Source: Azolla caroliniana (Eukaryota; Plantae; Polypodiophyta). From it: DNA of 64,000 bases. Location: positions 6,076,001-6,140,000 of the forward strand of contig JBHGNT010000008.1 of assembly GCA_043228905.1 (NCBI GenBank), in the 5' to 3' direction. A program made the translations under genes and the position numbers. This document shows, piece after piece, positions 37,044 to 50,130 of this stretch (position 1 is its first letter; each line of letters begins with the position of its first letter). The notes below the pieces were generated by a model. The model was not told where the DNA came from. It was given only the letters and a program-made list of their open reading frames with translations, and made no database searches.

Positions 37044-37269
37044 ACGTAATGTCCTTATGAGGGTAGCTAAGCCTCATATTTATACCTTTTCCTAGGCCCC
37101 TTGAATAGATTTGCCTTTCTACAAGGCTCTTCATTCATTGGTTGTCCAAATCATGATAGTGCATGCACGTATCATTCCTTCTATCCAATCATTAGTCCCC
37201 TTTTTAATATTAGTGAACATACCCTTCACTAATGTAAATATTGGTGACCTACCCTCACCAACGTTATGT

Positions 37270-38942
37270 GTACATAACAACAATCCCTTTTTTAGATGAT
37301 GTTCCAATTAAGGGATGCAAGGAGGAAGAGAAGAATGAGGAATTGGACGAAGATGGTTGCCAACAATTCGTTGCCGACCATATCAAGGATTGTGAGAAGA
37401 TACTATCAAGGATGGAAGAAGTGCATTTGACTTTATCTGGGTCTTGTTTAACCCCAGAGGCCGAAAGGAGGGTGGAAACTTCCTCACAAGTTCCCTCCTT
37501 TCCTCCTTGGGGACCCACTTTGTGATTTCCTAAAGTCCACTGTCTCCTGGAGTTTGCAAAGAGGAAAATGGCTTTTTAGTTAAGTCAGGTAAAACTTGCT
37601 TGCCTTTTCGTTATTCTATTTTGGGTTTGCTCTAAAGCCATTCCTACAACAAAGGAGCAAGCCAAGCCCAAAGATTCTATATGCTTTTCGTTAGGGTTCG
37701 ATGTTATTTCGTGACGCTTTTTTGGCCTTCCTAAAGCGTCGCTACTTATGCGACAAGGAATTTCGCTCAGGGGCGAAGTCAATATTTGGGGCAAAGGAGA
37801 TATTAATAGTTGGTCATTTGTGTGGCCCGTATGGGAGAAAGCCATCCCTCACCAAGGTCAATGCAATTCAAAACATGCAAGAGGAATGTACATCCGTCTC
37901 AGAAGTACAAAGGTTTCTGGGGGTATGTGTTTTTTATTGTAGATGGATTCCGCATTATGCCCATTTATCTGAACCTTTAAACAGACTCCTAAGAAAAGGA
38001 GAAACATTTGAATGGAGTGAAGAGCATTTAGAGGCAATGAAGAAATTGAAGTCTTACTTGGCACAAGCTCCACCATTAAAGCAACCTAACTACACCCGGC
38101 CCATATATCTCACAGTAGACTCCAGTCCCATTGGAATTGGATGGGTGATAAGCCAACAAGATTGGCAAGAAAGGTATCCAGTCCGATTCGGAGCGAAGGT
38201 TCTTAGTGGTCGATAAACAAAATATGCACAAGTCAAAAGAGAGCTATGGGGGGTAGTAACAGTAGTTAAGACAGATAGAGATTACTTAATTGGTGTTGAA
38301 GTAATAATAGAAACACATTGTTTGCCTATTCTTAGTATCATAACTAATTGTGATATTCTAGATCAAGCCATGTTAAGATGGTGTATCTATATTAGATCAG
38401 TCAACCCTGAAGTAAGACATATCTCTGGGAATAGAAATGCAGTAGCAGATATGTTATCAAGAGCAAGGTATAAGGAAGAGGAGATTCTAGACTTGGACGA
38501 TCAAGACAAAGAATAAACATTCTTCACCACAAGCATTACCCGGCAAGGAGGAATGCAATTTCTAGAAGAGGAGTATGAAGAAGAATTCAAGGAAATAGGG
38601 AAGTATCTATAGACCCCTGACAAGTATAAAGATCAGTCTAGAAAAGAGTTCACACAGTTTTGCAAGAAAGCCCATAAGTTCTTCCTGCATGAAGGATATC
38701 TATGGCGACATCCGAAAACCAAGACTGGAAACCCGCAAAGAGTAATAGGTTCTGAAGGGCAAAGAAAGGAGATAATCAGAGAGCTGCATGAAAAAGAATG
38801 GGCTGGTTATCGAGGAGTGTGGGCCACTTTCAGTAAGATTAAAGAACGGTTTTGGTGGCCTCGATACTATGAGCAAATAAAAAAGTATGTGGAAACTTGT
38901 CCCACTTGTCAATATTATTCAAATGTAAAATTTTGTGATGAG
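37270..38942 (+). pseudogene. Gypsy pol fragment (RT-RNase H-integrase N-terminus) of the same lineage
   Basis: PFLDDVPIKGC, VGHLCGPYGRKP, VDSSPIGIGW, RFGAKVL, NAVADMLSR, ERFWWP..CPTCQ. Confidence 0.85.
37442..37769. mobile_element. Unclassified ~330-bp structured insertion in RT
   Basis: Splits LTLSG|AKSIFG; flanked by G runs; long hairpin at ~37452-37512 and short hairpin GTCGC/GCGAC near the right end. Confidence 0.55.
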
Positions 38943-39021
38943 TGTTGGGGACAAGGTCATCAGTGCGGAAGAACAAACAACATCTGTAATGTTGAAGGAC
39001 CTGTGTATGAGAATGAACAAG

Positions 39022-39084
<63 letters not shown>

Positions 39085-42000
39085 CACAAAGAAACATTTT
39101 ATTTCTTAATAACAACGGTTACAAAAGACAACCAACAACCCTTTTACTAAAGGTTACAAAGTCACTTTATATAGTGACTATCCTAGGGCAACTGCCCTTT
39201 ATGCTATTTACAGAAATAGCCCAAACTTGGGTTGTCCAAAGGGACAATGTGAATACGGCCATTATACACTCGTATTCGACACTCCCCCGTAATGGGCGTA
39301 TACATGGGTTGTCTTAAATTACAGGTATATAGAAGGTTTATCAGACAGATCGGTTTTGTTCAAGTCGGCAATATTTGAAGATAGAAGACCGAACCGATCG
39401 GGTCGGAAAAGCTGAAGCTGATCCTCAAAGAACCGATGTCGGTTGTCTGAAACCACCATGTGTTGTGTGTCCGACTTTTTAACCAGACCGATTTTTCGTT
39501 ACGCCCATTTGGTGCCGAAGGGACCGGAAGTGATCCGCCGAAAGACACTTGGTCATTCCATCTGCGACATTATCGGTTGTGGATATCTTCTCGAGACCGA
39601 TTTTCCTTGAAATGACGCAGTCCCGAAAAAAGTGATATCGAACGTCGATATGCTTGGAGGTGTTGTGGTGAACCGGAATTTTTGACAAAGCAACAACACC
39701 TTGACTGTCGTTGTAGACAACTAGAGCCGAGTCGAGGTCGACTTGTCGAAACATGTGCGCCAACCGACCTAGCCATAAAGCTTCTTTTGCCGCGTCAGAC
39801 GCAACTACATATTCCGCTTCGGTTGTTGAGGTGGCTGTGCACTCCTGGAGTTTCGACTTCCACGAGATTGCTCCATTGTCGAATTTGAAACAATATTCGG
39901 TTGTTGATTTCCGACTGTCCACGCAGCCGTCGAAGTCCGAGTCGGTGTAACCAACTACGCTTGAGGTTGAGTTCGGGCCAAAAAGAATGTCGTGGTCTTT
40001 TGTGCCAGCTAGATATCTGAACACATGCTTGACTGTGTTCTAGTGCGATCGGCCTGGGTTGTGCATGAATATGTTGACGACTCCTACAGCGTGAGAAATA
40101 TCAGGCCGTGTCGCGACCATCGCATACATAAGGGAGCCGACTGCCAGTGCATATGGTACTGACTTCATATCTTCCCCCTCTGGACCGGATGTTGGGCAGT
40201 CTCGCTGAGACAACCAAAGGTTAATGGGGAGCGGGGTCGAAGCAGACTTGGCCGAGTGCATGTTGAAGTGTTCCAAGACATGTCCGATGTAGTCGGTTTG
40301 AGACAAGAAAAGTTATCGTTTTTCGCGATGCCGACTAATCTTCATACCTAGTATGTGTCTTGCCGGACCAAGGTCCTTCATGGCAAACTTCAACTGCAGT
40401 TTCTGAACGAGTTCGGTGAGCTCTCCGGCATTTCGGCCGGAGAGTAGCATGTCGTCCACGTAAATGATGAGGAAGATGGGAGACCCTTCTTGAGCTATTT
40501 TGGTGAAGAGAAAGTGTTCCTCATCGCTCTTGGAGAAGCCAACCGACTGGATGAAGTCGTTGAACTTCTTGTACCACTGTCGGGGTGCCTGTTTCAGGCC
40601 GTATAAACCTTTCCTGAGTTGGCAAACTAGATGTTCGTGGCCGGATGCCATAAAGCCTTTCGGCTGCTCCATATAGATTTCCTCCTGTAGGTCACCATGG
40701 AGGAATCAGCTCCAAGTTGTCGGCAGCCACGACGCCGAGCATGAAACGAAGGGTTGTCATTTTCACCACTGGTGAAAAGATTTCATCGAAGTTAACTCCA
40801 TATTCTTGTCGAAATCCCTTCGCAACTAATCTGGCCTTGTACTTTGGGCTGGTCGAGTCAGACGTCTCTTTTAGTCGATAGACCCACTTACACGGAAGAG
40901 CACATCGATTCTTCGGTAATTCGACCAAGTCCCAAGTCTTGTTTGCATGAATGGAGTGCATTTCCGACTCCATTGCCAGATGCCAGGTGGCTGAGTCGGC
41001 AGATGTCGATGCTTCTTTGTAAGATGTCGGTTCGCTGGCGTCTGTAAAGAAAATTCCAGGAGAGTACCTTTCCGGAGGTTGTGATAGTCTCTTAGTTCTT
41101 CGAGGTATGACTGGACTGGTCGCACTGGGTATAGGTGTCGGATGGTCGGAAGCTGAACCATTCGGCTATGAATCGGTGGATTCAGGACGGGAGGTGTCAG
41201 TTACCCGTGAAACCGATCTTGTGTTGTGGGCTGGGCCTTCATGAAAGGTTGGCACTTCGGAAAATATTACCCTTCGGACTTCAATAGGCCTTTCGGTCGT
41301 TTTATGCATAGCCGACTCGTTGAACACGACGTCTGAATGTCGGACAATTTGTCTGTGCTCAGGGTCCCAGAGTCCGTATTCGATCTCACCGTCAGGTCCA
41401 TATCCAAGGAAAATGCATTTCCTTGATCTTGGTTCGAGTTTCCGGCGGTCGTCTTTCAGTATGAGGGCATACACCTCACAGCCAAAGATCCTCAGCTTGT
41501 CATAATTCGGTTTACTGCCGGTCCATGTTTCCTGAGGTATTATAAGTCCTAGAGGTCTACTTGGTGACATATTTATTATGTGTACTGTCGTAAGTAGAGC
41601 CGCCGTCCAGAAGCCATCCGACAGTCCGGAGTGTTGGAGCATGGATACTATGCGTTCTTGAATCATCTGATTCATGCGTTCAACAATTCCGTTCTGCTCC
41701 GGACTATAGGGTGCCATATATTCACGTCGAATGCCGCATTCCCGGAAAAATTTGACGAATTCCTCAGACTTGAATTCTCCTCCATTATCGGTTCAGAGAC
41801 ATTTTAGTTTCTGACCGGTCTAGTTTTCGACCATTGCAAGCCATTCGGAGAAGATCGAGAACACCCGATCTTTGGTTCTAATGGGGTAAGCCTACACCTT
41901 CCGAGTCGAGTCGTCAATAAAACTAACGAAGTACAAAGCACCGCCGAGAGATTGATGTGGCATCGGGCCATAGACGTCCGAGTGGACCAAATCAAGGGGA

Positions 42001-42883
42001 CTTGATTCTCTTGGTGCTGATGTCGGGTGTGATGCGGCTACCTGTTTTCCGTACTGGAGATGCTCGCAGAATTGGTGATCCGAGAAGGAGAGCTTGGGGA
42101 TGTAACCGGCTCTAGATAGGTGCGTTATGTCGGCCTTGCTGAGGTGTCCAAGTCATCCGTGCCATAACGATGACACGGGGATATCAACCAAAAATAAGTC
42201 ATCCTCTTTGAGTGTGACATATAAAGGGTACAAAGAGTGTACCTTTGGTCCTCGATCAACTAGGAGGTTCCCTTTGTGGAGTGCCCACCCTCCTAATGAG
42301 AACCCGGCACGGATGCCGGCTTCGTCAAGTTGTCCGACTGAGATCAAGGGTCTTGAAAGCTCAAGAACGTGTCAGACGTTGTGTAGTACAAGTGTAGAGC
42401 CACCCATAAGGTTGAGCTCTACGGTGCCGATTCCGATTATGGCATAGTGTTGCGAATTCCCAACTTGAATTGAGTCGGAGTGCTGGTCCGAGTATTGCTG
42501 GAACTGAGATCGGTGAGGTGTCACATGATACAATGCGCTCGAGTTCAGGAGCCATGTACTCGATTCCTCAGTTGTAAGCAGAACTTCTGATTTGAGTGGG
42601 TTCTCTATGGACAGTATGTTCGGGTCGGTCGTCAAAATTTCGGCTGAAGAGCCGACGTAGTTGACCTCCTCATGCCAGATACTTTTTTGATCCGCTCTCT
42701 GAGCTTTGTCAGTTTTTGCTTTGAGTGCCCGGTAGTTGGCTTTGATGTGTCCCGGTTTCATGTAGTACTTGCAGATTCGGTTGTCCCAGGACTTGCTTCG
42801 GCTGCGCTGATTGTTCGGCGGTCGGGAAGAACTTCTTCCCTGGTTGTTCGATCGGTCGGTTGAACCTTGTACTACGTAAGCTT

Positions 42884-45800
42884 TGTTAAGAAAACGTGAA
42901 GAAGGCACTCGAGCTCTTCTTATGTGTGCGGCGGATCGTGGTGTGCTAGATCGTTTGGTGCTCAAACACAGAAGGGAAGGGGGAAGGAGACTTACCTCTG
43001 TAGCAGCCAAAAACTTCTTCTATTTCATTACACGCAGAGCTCTACTTGCTCTCGTCTGTTTCTCTCTTCTACTCTCACTCTCTGAGTTCTTACTTCCTGT
43101 GTATTTTCTTACTTACCTACTCTCTTACTTTTTTTACCTAAGTAATAAGTTACTTACATATGCAGCTAATTAGCTGCCTGTAGCTAATTAGCTGTCAGTC
43201 GCTAAATAGTTGTTAGTAGCTAATTAGCTGTCAGTAGCTAATTAGTTGTTTCTCCTTTATGTTCACAAGTAGCTAAATAGCTACTATAGCTTATTCCCCA
43301 ATAAGCATCACATACCATGTTGAGCTTGCTTCTCAACACTCCCCCTCAAGCTCAACTTATCCTTTCTTGGGGTTATCTACAACTTCTTTTCCATGATGCT
43401 TTTCAGCCATCATATCAGTGTCTACAACTCCCATCATGTTCCGAAACTGTGTATGCTTTTCCACACTCAATCCCTTTGTGAGAATATCAGCAACTTGCTG
43501 ATTTGTATTCACATACACCAGATCAACTTCTCCTTCAATCACCTTTTCTCTAACAAAGTGATAATGTACTTCAATGTGCCTTGTTCTTGCATGGAACACT
43601 GGGTTTTTTGCATGCTGAATGCTGCTCATATTGTCACACCAGATTGTGACAGTACCATCTATATACTCTCCCAAATCAGCAAGCAATCTTCTGATCCATA
43701 CCTCTTCACAAGTGGCTATGGCAGCTCCTCTACACTTAGCTTCAGTACTAGACAATGCAACAGTAGCTTATTTCTTGCTACTCCATGAAATACCTGCACT
43801 TCCCAATGTAAACATATATCCACTTGTGGATCTTCTATCTGTTTGGCTTCCAGCCCAATCAGCATTTGTATATCCTTCCAGATTTATGTCCAAATCAGCC
43901 CTGTAAAACAATCCATAGTTCTGAGTAGCTTTTACATACCTCAAAATTCTTCTAATGCAGTCCAAATGCGGCTTTGTTGGCTATTGCATAAATTGGCTGA
44001 CTAATCCAACTACATAACTCAAATAAGGTCTTGTTATGGTCAAATAAATAAGGCTGCCCACCATAGACATGTACATGTTTACATCTTCTATTTTGGCTCC
44101 CAAATCAGCCCTCAATTTGCAGTTTTTATCTAGTGGTACTCCAATAGGTTTGCATCCAAGCATACCATACTTTTTCAACATAGTTGTTGCATATTGTCTT
44201 TGCAACACATATATACCACTTTCAGATCTAATGATTTCAATACCCAAAAAATATCTTAGATCTCCCAAATCTTTCATATGAAATTTCATTTCCAAATTTC
44301 ATTTCAGCTTACTTATTTCATCCATGAAATCACCTCCAATGATGAGATCATCAACATAAATCAGAATCACAACAATACAATCATCTTTTCTTTTAACATA
44401 CAATGATGAATCGGCCGTTGACATTTTGAAGTCAAGTTTTTTCAGATAATCTGAAAGTTCTCTGTGCCATGCTCTTGGTGCCTGTTTCAGTCCATAGAGA
44501 GCCTTTTTCAGCTTACATACATAATCTGGATGCTTCCTATCTTCAAAACCTGGTGGTTGACACATATACACTTCTTCTTCCAAGTTACCATGTAAAAAGG
44601 CATTTTTTACATCCATATGATGAAGAAACCATCTTCTGGATGCACCTACAGCCAGTAATGTCCTCAATGTTGCCATCTTTGCAACCGATGCAAATGTCTC
44701 ATCATAATCAATTCCTTGCATTTGGGCATATCCCTTTGCAACCAATCTTGCTTTATGTCTACTTACATTCCCACTGGAATCATGCTTTGTCTTGTAGACC
44801 CATTTGCAACCTACCACATTTTTTTCTTTTGGTAACTTCACCAAATCCCATGTTCTATTTTCAGCTAATGCATCAATCTCTTCTTGCATTGCATCCACCC
44901 ATTTCTTCTCAGTTTTAGCCTCATCAAAACTACTTGGATCAGGGATCTGTACCACCTTAGACATATATGCATAATGCATAGCCATATATGTATCATAACC
45001 AAATCTTTCAACAGTTTTTTTCTCTCTATCTGATCTTCTCAGTTTCTGATTTGCATCGTTCAATGCTTTTTCCATACCAGGGATTTTCAATCCTCTTATA
45101 CCAAGAAAATCATCCAATGAAATATCTGAATCCTCATCTTCCATGTTTTTAGACAAGTCATCCAACATTTCATACTCTGGCATTTTCTGTTTTCCTTTTT
45201 TATCATCACATTTTTTGTGTCCTCCACTTTTTCCACTCTGTCTAACCTTGCTTCCATCTCTGTGGCAATCTTCTACATTTTCAGATTTGTCTTTGTCTTC
45301 AATCTCATTGTCTTCATCAGTCTCTGGATTCTGTTTTGGATTGTACCAGTTGGCTAACTCATCAAAGATTACATCCCTACTTGTCACAATCTTCTTTGTT
45401 CCAGGGTTATAGCATCTATACCCTTTTTGTTCTTCTGAATAACCAACAAAAATACATTTTTCTGCTTTTGGATCCAGCTTACTTCTTACTTCTGCAGGCA
45501 TCCAAACACTTTTAAGTGTTCTAAACTAGGTTTACTTCCATAGAAGCACTCTTCAGGAGTTGTTTCATGTACTCCCGATGTTATACATCTATTTTGAATA
45601 TAATTTGATGTATTTACAGCTTCTGCCCAATAGTACAATGGCATATTCTTCTCTGTCATCAAAGCCCTTGCAATGTTCACCAATGTTCTAATTTTCCTCT
45701 CAGCAACTCCATTTTGCTGTGGAGTATATCTACATGTGAACTGTCTTCTTATTCCCTGATTGCATAGAAAATCAGAAAATTCATTGGAGAAATACTCTCC

Positions 45801-48208
45801 TCCTCCATCAGATCTTAAACATTTTATTCTTGTACCCGCCTGCTTTTCTATCATGCATTTAAACTTACGAAAACATTCAAACACTTCACTTTTCTCTTTC
45901 ATGAAGTACACCCATGTTTTCCTTGAGCAATCATCAATAAAAGTTATATAGAATCTGCAGCCACTGATAGATGCATTCTTAGTTGGTCCCCATACATCCG
46001 TATGTACCAAATCCAACAAATTTTTACTTACATGTCTTTCATGAGGGAATGGCAACCTATTTTGCTTTCCATATTGACATGCTTCACATATCTTTCCCAT
46101 TTCACAATTTTTCAGTTTTGGCAGTCCAACCACTACATCTTTTCTCAACATATTCTTTAGGGTTTGCATACTTATGTAGCCAATCCTTTTATGCCACATT
46201 TCCACATCTGAGACTACACTCATTCCATTTGCAAACATAGTTGAAATCTGTCTAGGCATGTCAACATCCAAAATAAACATTCTTCCTTGTCGTTTTCCTT
46301 TTGCAATGAGCTTCCCATTCTTTTCTATGTAGCATCCACTTTGCTTAAACTTTACTTGCATACCTTGCTCTACTATCTGTCCAACAGAAATCAGATTCTT
46401 AGCAAGATTTGGAACATGCATTACATTCAACATATACTTAGTCTTTCCTTTTTCTTCCCACAATGGGATATCTCCAACATGTTTTATTTGGTGAGTACTA
46501 TTATCACCCGTCTGTACATAGCCAGGAATCTCTGGTTCTCTTAACCTTTCAAACCAGTTTGCATGTCCAGTCATATGGGTAGATGCCCCCGAGTCTACAT
46601 ACCATGTAAACTCTTCATTACATTTCTGTGAGCTTTCAGCCACTGCTGCTATCTCATGTTATACCACAAATGCACCATCTTTTTCACAATCTTCACTAGT
46701 TTGGGCATAGTTATTCTGCTGTCTCTTTCCTCTTTGCTCCTCATTTTGCTTCTTGTAACATTCAGCCTGTGTGTGGCCTGGTTTTCCACAATACCAACAA
46801 CCATCATCATTTACATATGTTTGCATACCTCTACCTTGGTTGCTCCCCTTGCCTCTGTTGTTGTTTCTTCCTCTAATGATTTGTTGTCCTCTTCCTTGAT
46901 AACCATTATTGTTGGTTCTTGCTGAGCCAAATCTTCCATGGCCTCTTCCTCGGCCTCTTCCATCACTATTATATAGGGCTTGCCCCTCATTCTCAAGATT
47001 TCCTTTATTTACATCATCCATCTGATTCCTTTCTTCTACTACAAGCATTGAAACCAGATCTAGAAAACTTGGGATACTATCCCTTGTAAGCATAGAGGTT
47101 TTAAAGCTTTTGTATTGAGGTCCCAAGCCTCTCAAGCATATTTCTACCTTATCATCATCTTCTATCTTTACATTGATAGAAGCAAGTGATTCACATATGC
47201 TCTTTATTTTCAAATCATACTCCTTTATTGACATCTTACCTTTTTCTAAGGTATTTAGCTCAGTCTTCAACTGTAGCTTTCTAGCTTTTGTGTTTACTGC
47301 AAACAGTTTTACCAAACTATCCCAAGCTTCTTTTGGGAGCATAGCATCCTGTATGTGCCCAAGCATCGAATCTGAGATGCTAAGTGAGAGCCAATGCATT
47401 ACCTTCCTTGCCCCTTGATTCCAATCTTTGAATGCTTTAATCTGTGCTGCTGTGGCATTTTCTTCTGGGATCTCCGGAGCCTCTTCTAGGTCTCCTTCAA
47501 TGTAATCCCAGTATCCTTTCCCCATCAAGAAATTAGTCATTCTAAATTTCCACACCGGGAAATTGTTTTTATCTAGTTTCTCTGTAACTATTTGGCCCGC
47601 ATTCTCTGCAACCATTATCTCTTCCAAACTAGGGTTTCTGCTACGATTACTTCAACAAGTAACTTTCTGATTCAGATCAGCAAACAGAGAAATACCTTTC
47701 TCAGATCTATGCACTTTTGTACTCTTCTTTATGAGCAACTTGCTCTGATACCATGTTAAGAAAACGGGAAGAAGGTACTCGGGCTCTTCTTATGTGCGCG
47801 GCGGATCGTGGTGTGCTAGATCGTTTGGTGCTCAAACACAGAAGGGAAGGGGGAAGGAGACTTACCTCTGTAGCAACCAAAAACTTCTTCTATTTCATTA
47901 CGCGCAGAGCTCTACTTGCTCTCGTCTGTTTCTCTCTTCTACTCTCACTCTCTGAGTTCTTACTTCCTGTGTATTTTCTTACTTACCTACTCTCTTACTT
48001 TTTTTACCTAAGTAATAAGTTACTTACATATGCAGCTAATTAGCTGCCTGTAGCTAAATAGCTGTCAGTCGCTAAATAGATGTCAGTAGCTAATTAGCTG
48101 TCAATAGCTAATTAGTTGTTTCTCCTTTATGTTCACAAGTAGCTAAATAACTACTATAGCTTATTTCCCAATAAGCATCACATACCATGTTGAGCTTGCT
48201 TCTCAACA
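42884..48208 (-). mobile_element. Full-length Ty1/copia element (Copia-D), 455-bp LTRs, TSD AGCTT
   Basis: LTRs 42884-43338 and 47754-48208; PBS 47742-47753; PPT 43339-43346; AGCTT at 42879-42883 and 48209-48213. Confidence 0.96.
43357..47615 (-). pseudogene. Disrupted gag-pol of Copia-D
   Basis: Gag with CWYCGKPGHTQAEC, protease WYVDSGAS, integrase RSDGGGEY, RT YVDD, RNase H; a few stops and frameshifts. Confidence 0.93.
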
Positions 48209-50065
48209 AGCTTCATATGCCAAGTCTTTGGCGAAAGACTTTCTCCGAGTTGCTTCAGTCAGGATTGCGCTCGTGATTTCAGAGTACTTAATGGCAGTTG
48301 TTGAAGCATTGCACACGGTTGTGACGAAAGTTTCTGTTGTAGGTTTTAGGTTAGGGTTAATGATAATGAAAATGATGATTGGTGATGGAGATGGTATGTT
48401 TGATATCGGTTGCAATCTTCATCTTCTTGGTTGATAACCCATCCGATTCCGATTGGACTACTATCCACGGTCACGAAAATGGGCTACCCTATGAATAGTT
48501 TGCTTTCCGTAATGCAGGTGCCTCCATCAATAATTTCTTCAGCCTTCGGATGGCGATTGTATGCTCGCTCCTCCATTCAAACCTCCGCTTCTTCTTTAGT
48601 AGACCATATAATGGCACAACAATGTGGGCGTAGTGTGGAATCCAAATATGATAAAACGCGCATGCTCCAAGGAACCTTCGAACCTCTGTTTGGGTTATGC
48701 ATTCTTCTTTCATGTCTTGGATTGCATTCACCTTGGATGGCGAGGGCTTCCGACCGTATGCTCCACACAAGTGACCTACCACCAAGATCTCCGGTTGCCC
48801 GAATGCGGATTTTTCTCTCGAAAATGTCAAATTCACATCTTCGAGCCTTTGGAGCACCTTCTCGCAATCTTTCATATGACCCATGACAAACTTTCTACAT
48901 CCATCCTTATCTTTTGATTCATCCTTCTCTTCATCCAAACATCATTTTATCGGAATATCATCCAAGAATGGCATCGTGATATCCGGGATGCAATCCTTCA
49001 AGACCTTGTTCATGGCATTCACTATATGAGCCACTAAGTTCATCGCACCTTGAGGTAAGGTACACATCCGCACCACCGATAGGAGTTCTCATGGTTGTAA
49101 TGTCACGACTGTCGACCGCCAACTCGAATTGATCGTAGCCAGAGTAGAGATCACCAATGGAGTAGATGGACCGGCCTACAAACACCTCGGCAAATTCATC
49201 CACACTTGGACCAATTCCAGCATTCCGAATTGTCACCTTGTTGACAGGTTGAAGATCTTGAATGAATCGCAATGATCCATTCTTCTTCGGCACCATGAAC
49301 CATCTATTAGAATAAGGAGCATTCGACGGTTCCAAAATTCCCATCCTCACCTTCTCCTTTAAGAGCTCGATCAGCTTTGGTAGGTGTGCTCTCAGAACCA
49401 GTATCGGTTTCAAATTCCAAGGCACATGCAACACCATGAAGATCACCATAGGTTCTACCATCCTTGGATTAGCACATCCGATTTCTTGTGGGAAAAATGT
49501 GAAAGCCTTCCCATGTCTTTCAAGCATTCCGCGGAACATTTGCTCCTCTTCAGGAAGGAGGAAATCCTCCCTTCCAACTTGTAGCTTTCCCTTCGTCTCT
49601 TCAATGAAGACATGACCAATTGTATTGGGGTTCCTTAAGCTTGGATCTTTTGCAATGTCCTTCATCTTTTGCCAGCTATCTTCCGGTAGTGGTACTGCAA
49701 CTGGCTTGATCTTCCTATCCACGGTTTTATATTTTGTGTTGACTTCGGCTTCCTCTATCAAGCTCCCTCGATGATATTCATCGATGATAGCGTACATGTT
49801 GACGAAGTTAACCGAAATCACATGTTGATGGTGAGGATAACTGAAGTCCACGACTTCCATGATTTTGCCGATGGTGTCGTTAAATGAGGCTTCCTCCAGA
49901 ATATAAGACACGAATTCTTCTTCTTCGATTATGCTTTCTTCTTTCAACACCTTCTCGAAGTCTTGTATCTAACACTTTTCCTTCTTGTTTAGTAGTCTTA
50001 GTTTGCATGCGCCGCTAGGTGTGACACATGTTGCTTCTCCTTGCAATCCACGTACTCTGCTTCCT

Positions 50066-50130
50066 TGTGGGGACTTATGATTGCTCGGACTATTTGTGCC
50101 CCATGCTTCAATAGTCCGCTTTAAAAATCC
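50066..50130 (-). promoter_or_regulatory. Putative -1 ribosomal frameshift signal (GGATTTT + pseudoknot), Gypsy-B
   Basis: G GAT TTT TAA ends ORF 50121-50948; stem CGGACTATT/AATAGTCCG; loop TGGGG pairs with downstream CCCCA; pol ORF 48958-49950 is in the -1 frame. Confidence 0.82.

Larger units (their letters stand above)
38943..48334 (-). mobile_element. Ty1/copia element (Copia-C, same family as Copia-2), 5'-truncated, hosting Copia-D
   Basis: 3' LTR 38943-39281 with (GA)n, PPT, RH/RT/INT/PR fragments 39479-42883; gag resumes 48214-48334. No 5' LTR seen. Confidence 0.9.

Noticed and set aside
37441-37770. GT...AG intron inside RT
   Set aside because: Splicing would leave one extra G and shift the LSGAKS frame.
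42883-43173. Duplicated 96-aa ORF (also 47753-48043)
   Set aside because: Simply the two LTRs of Copia-D.
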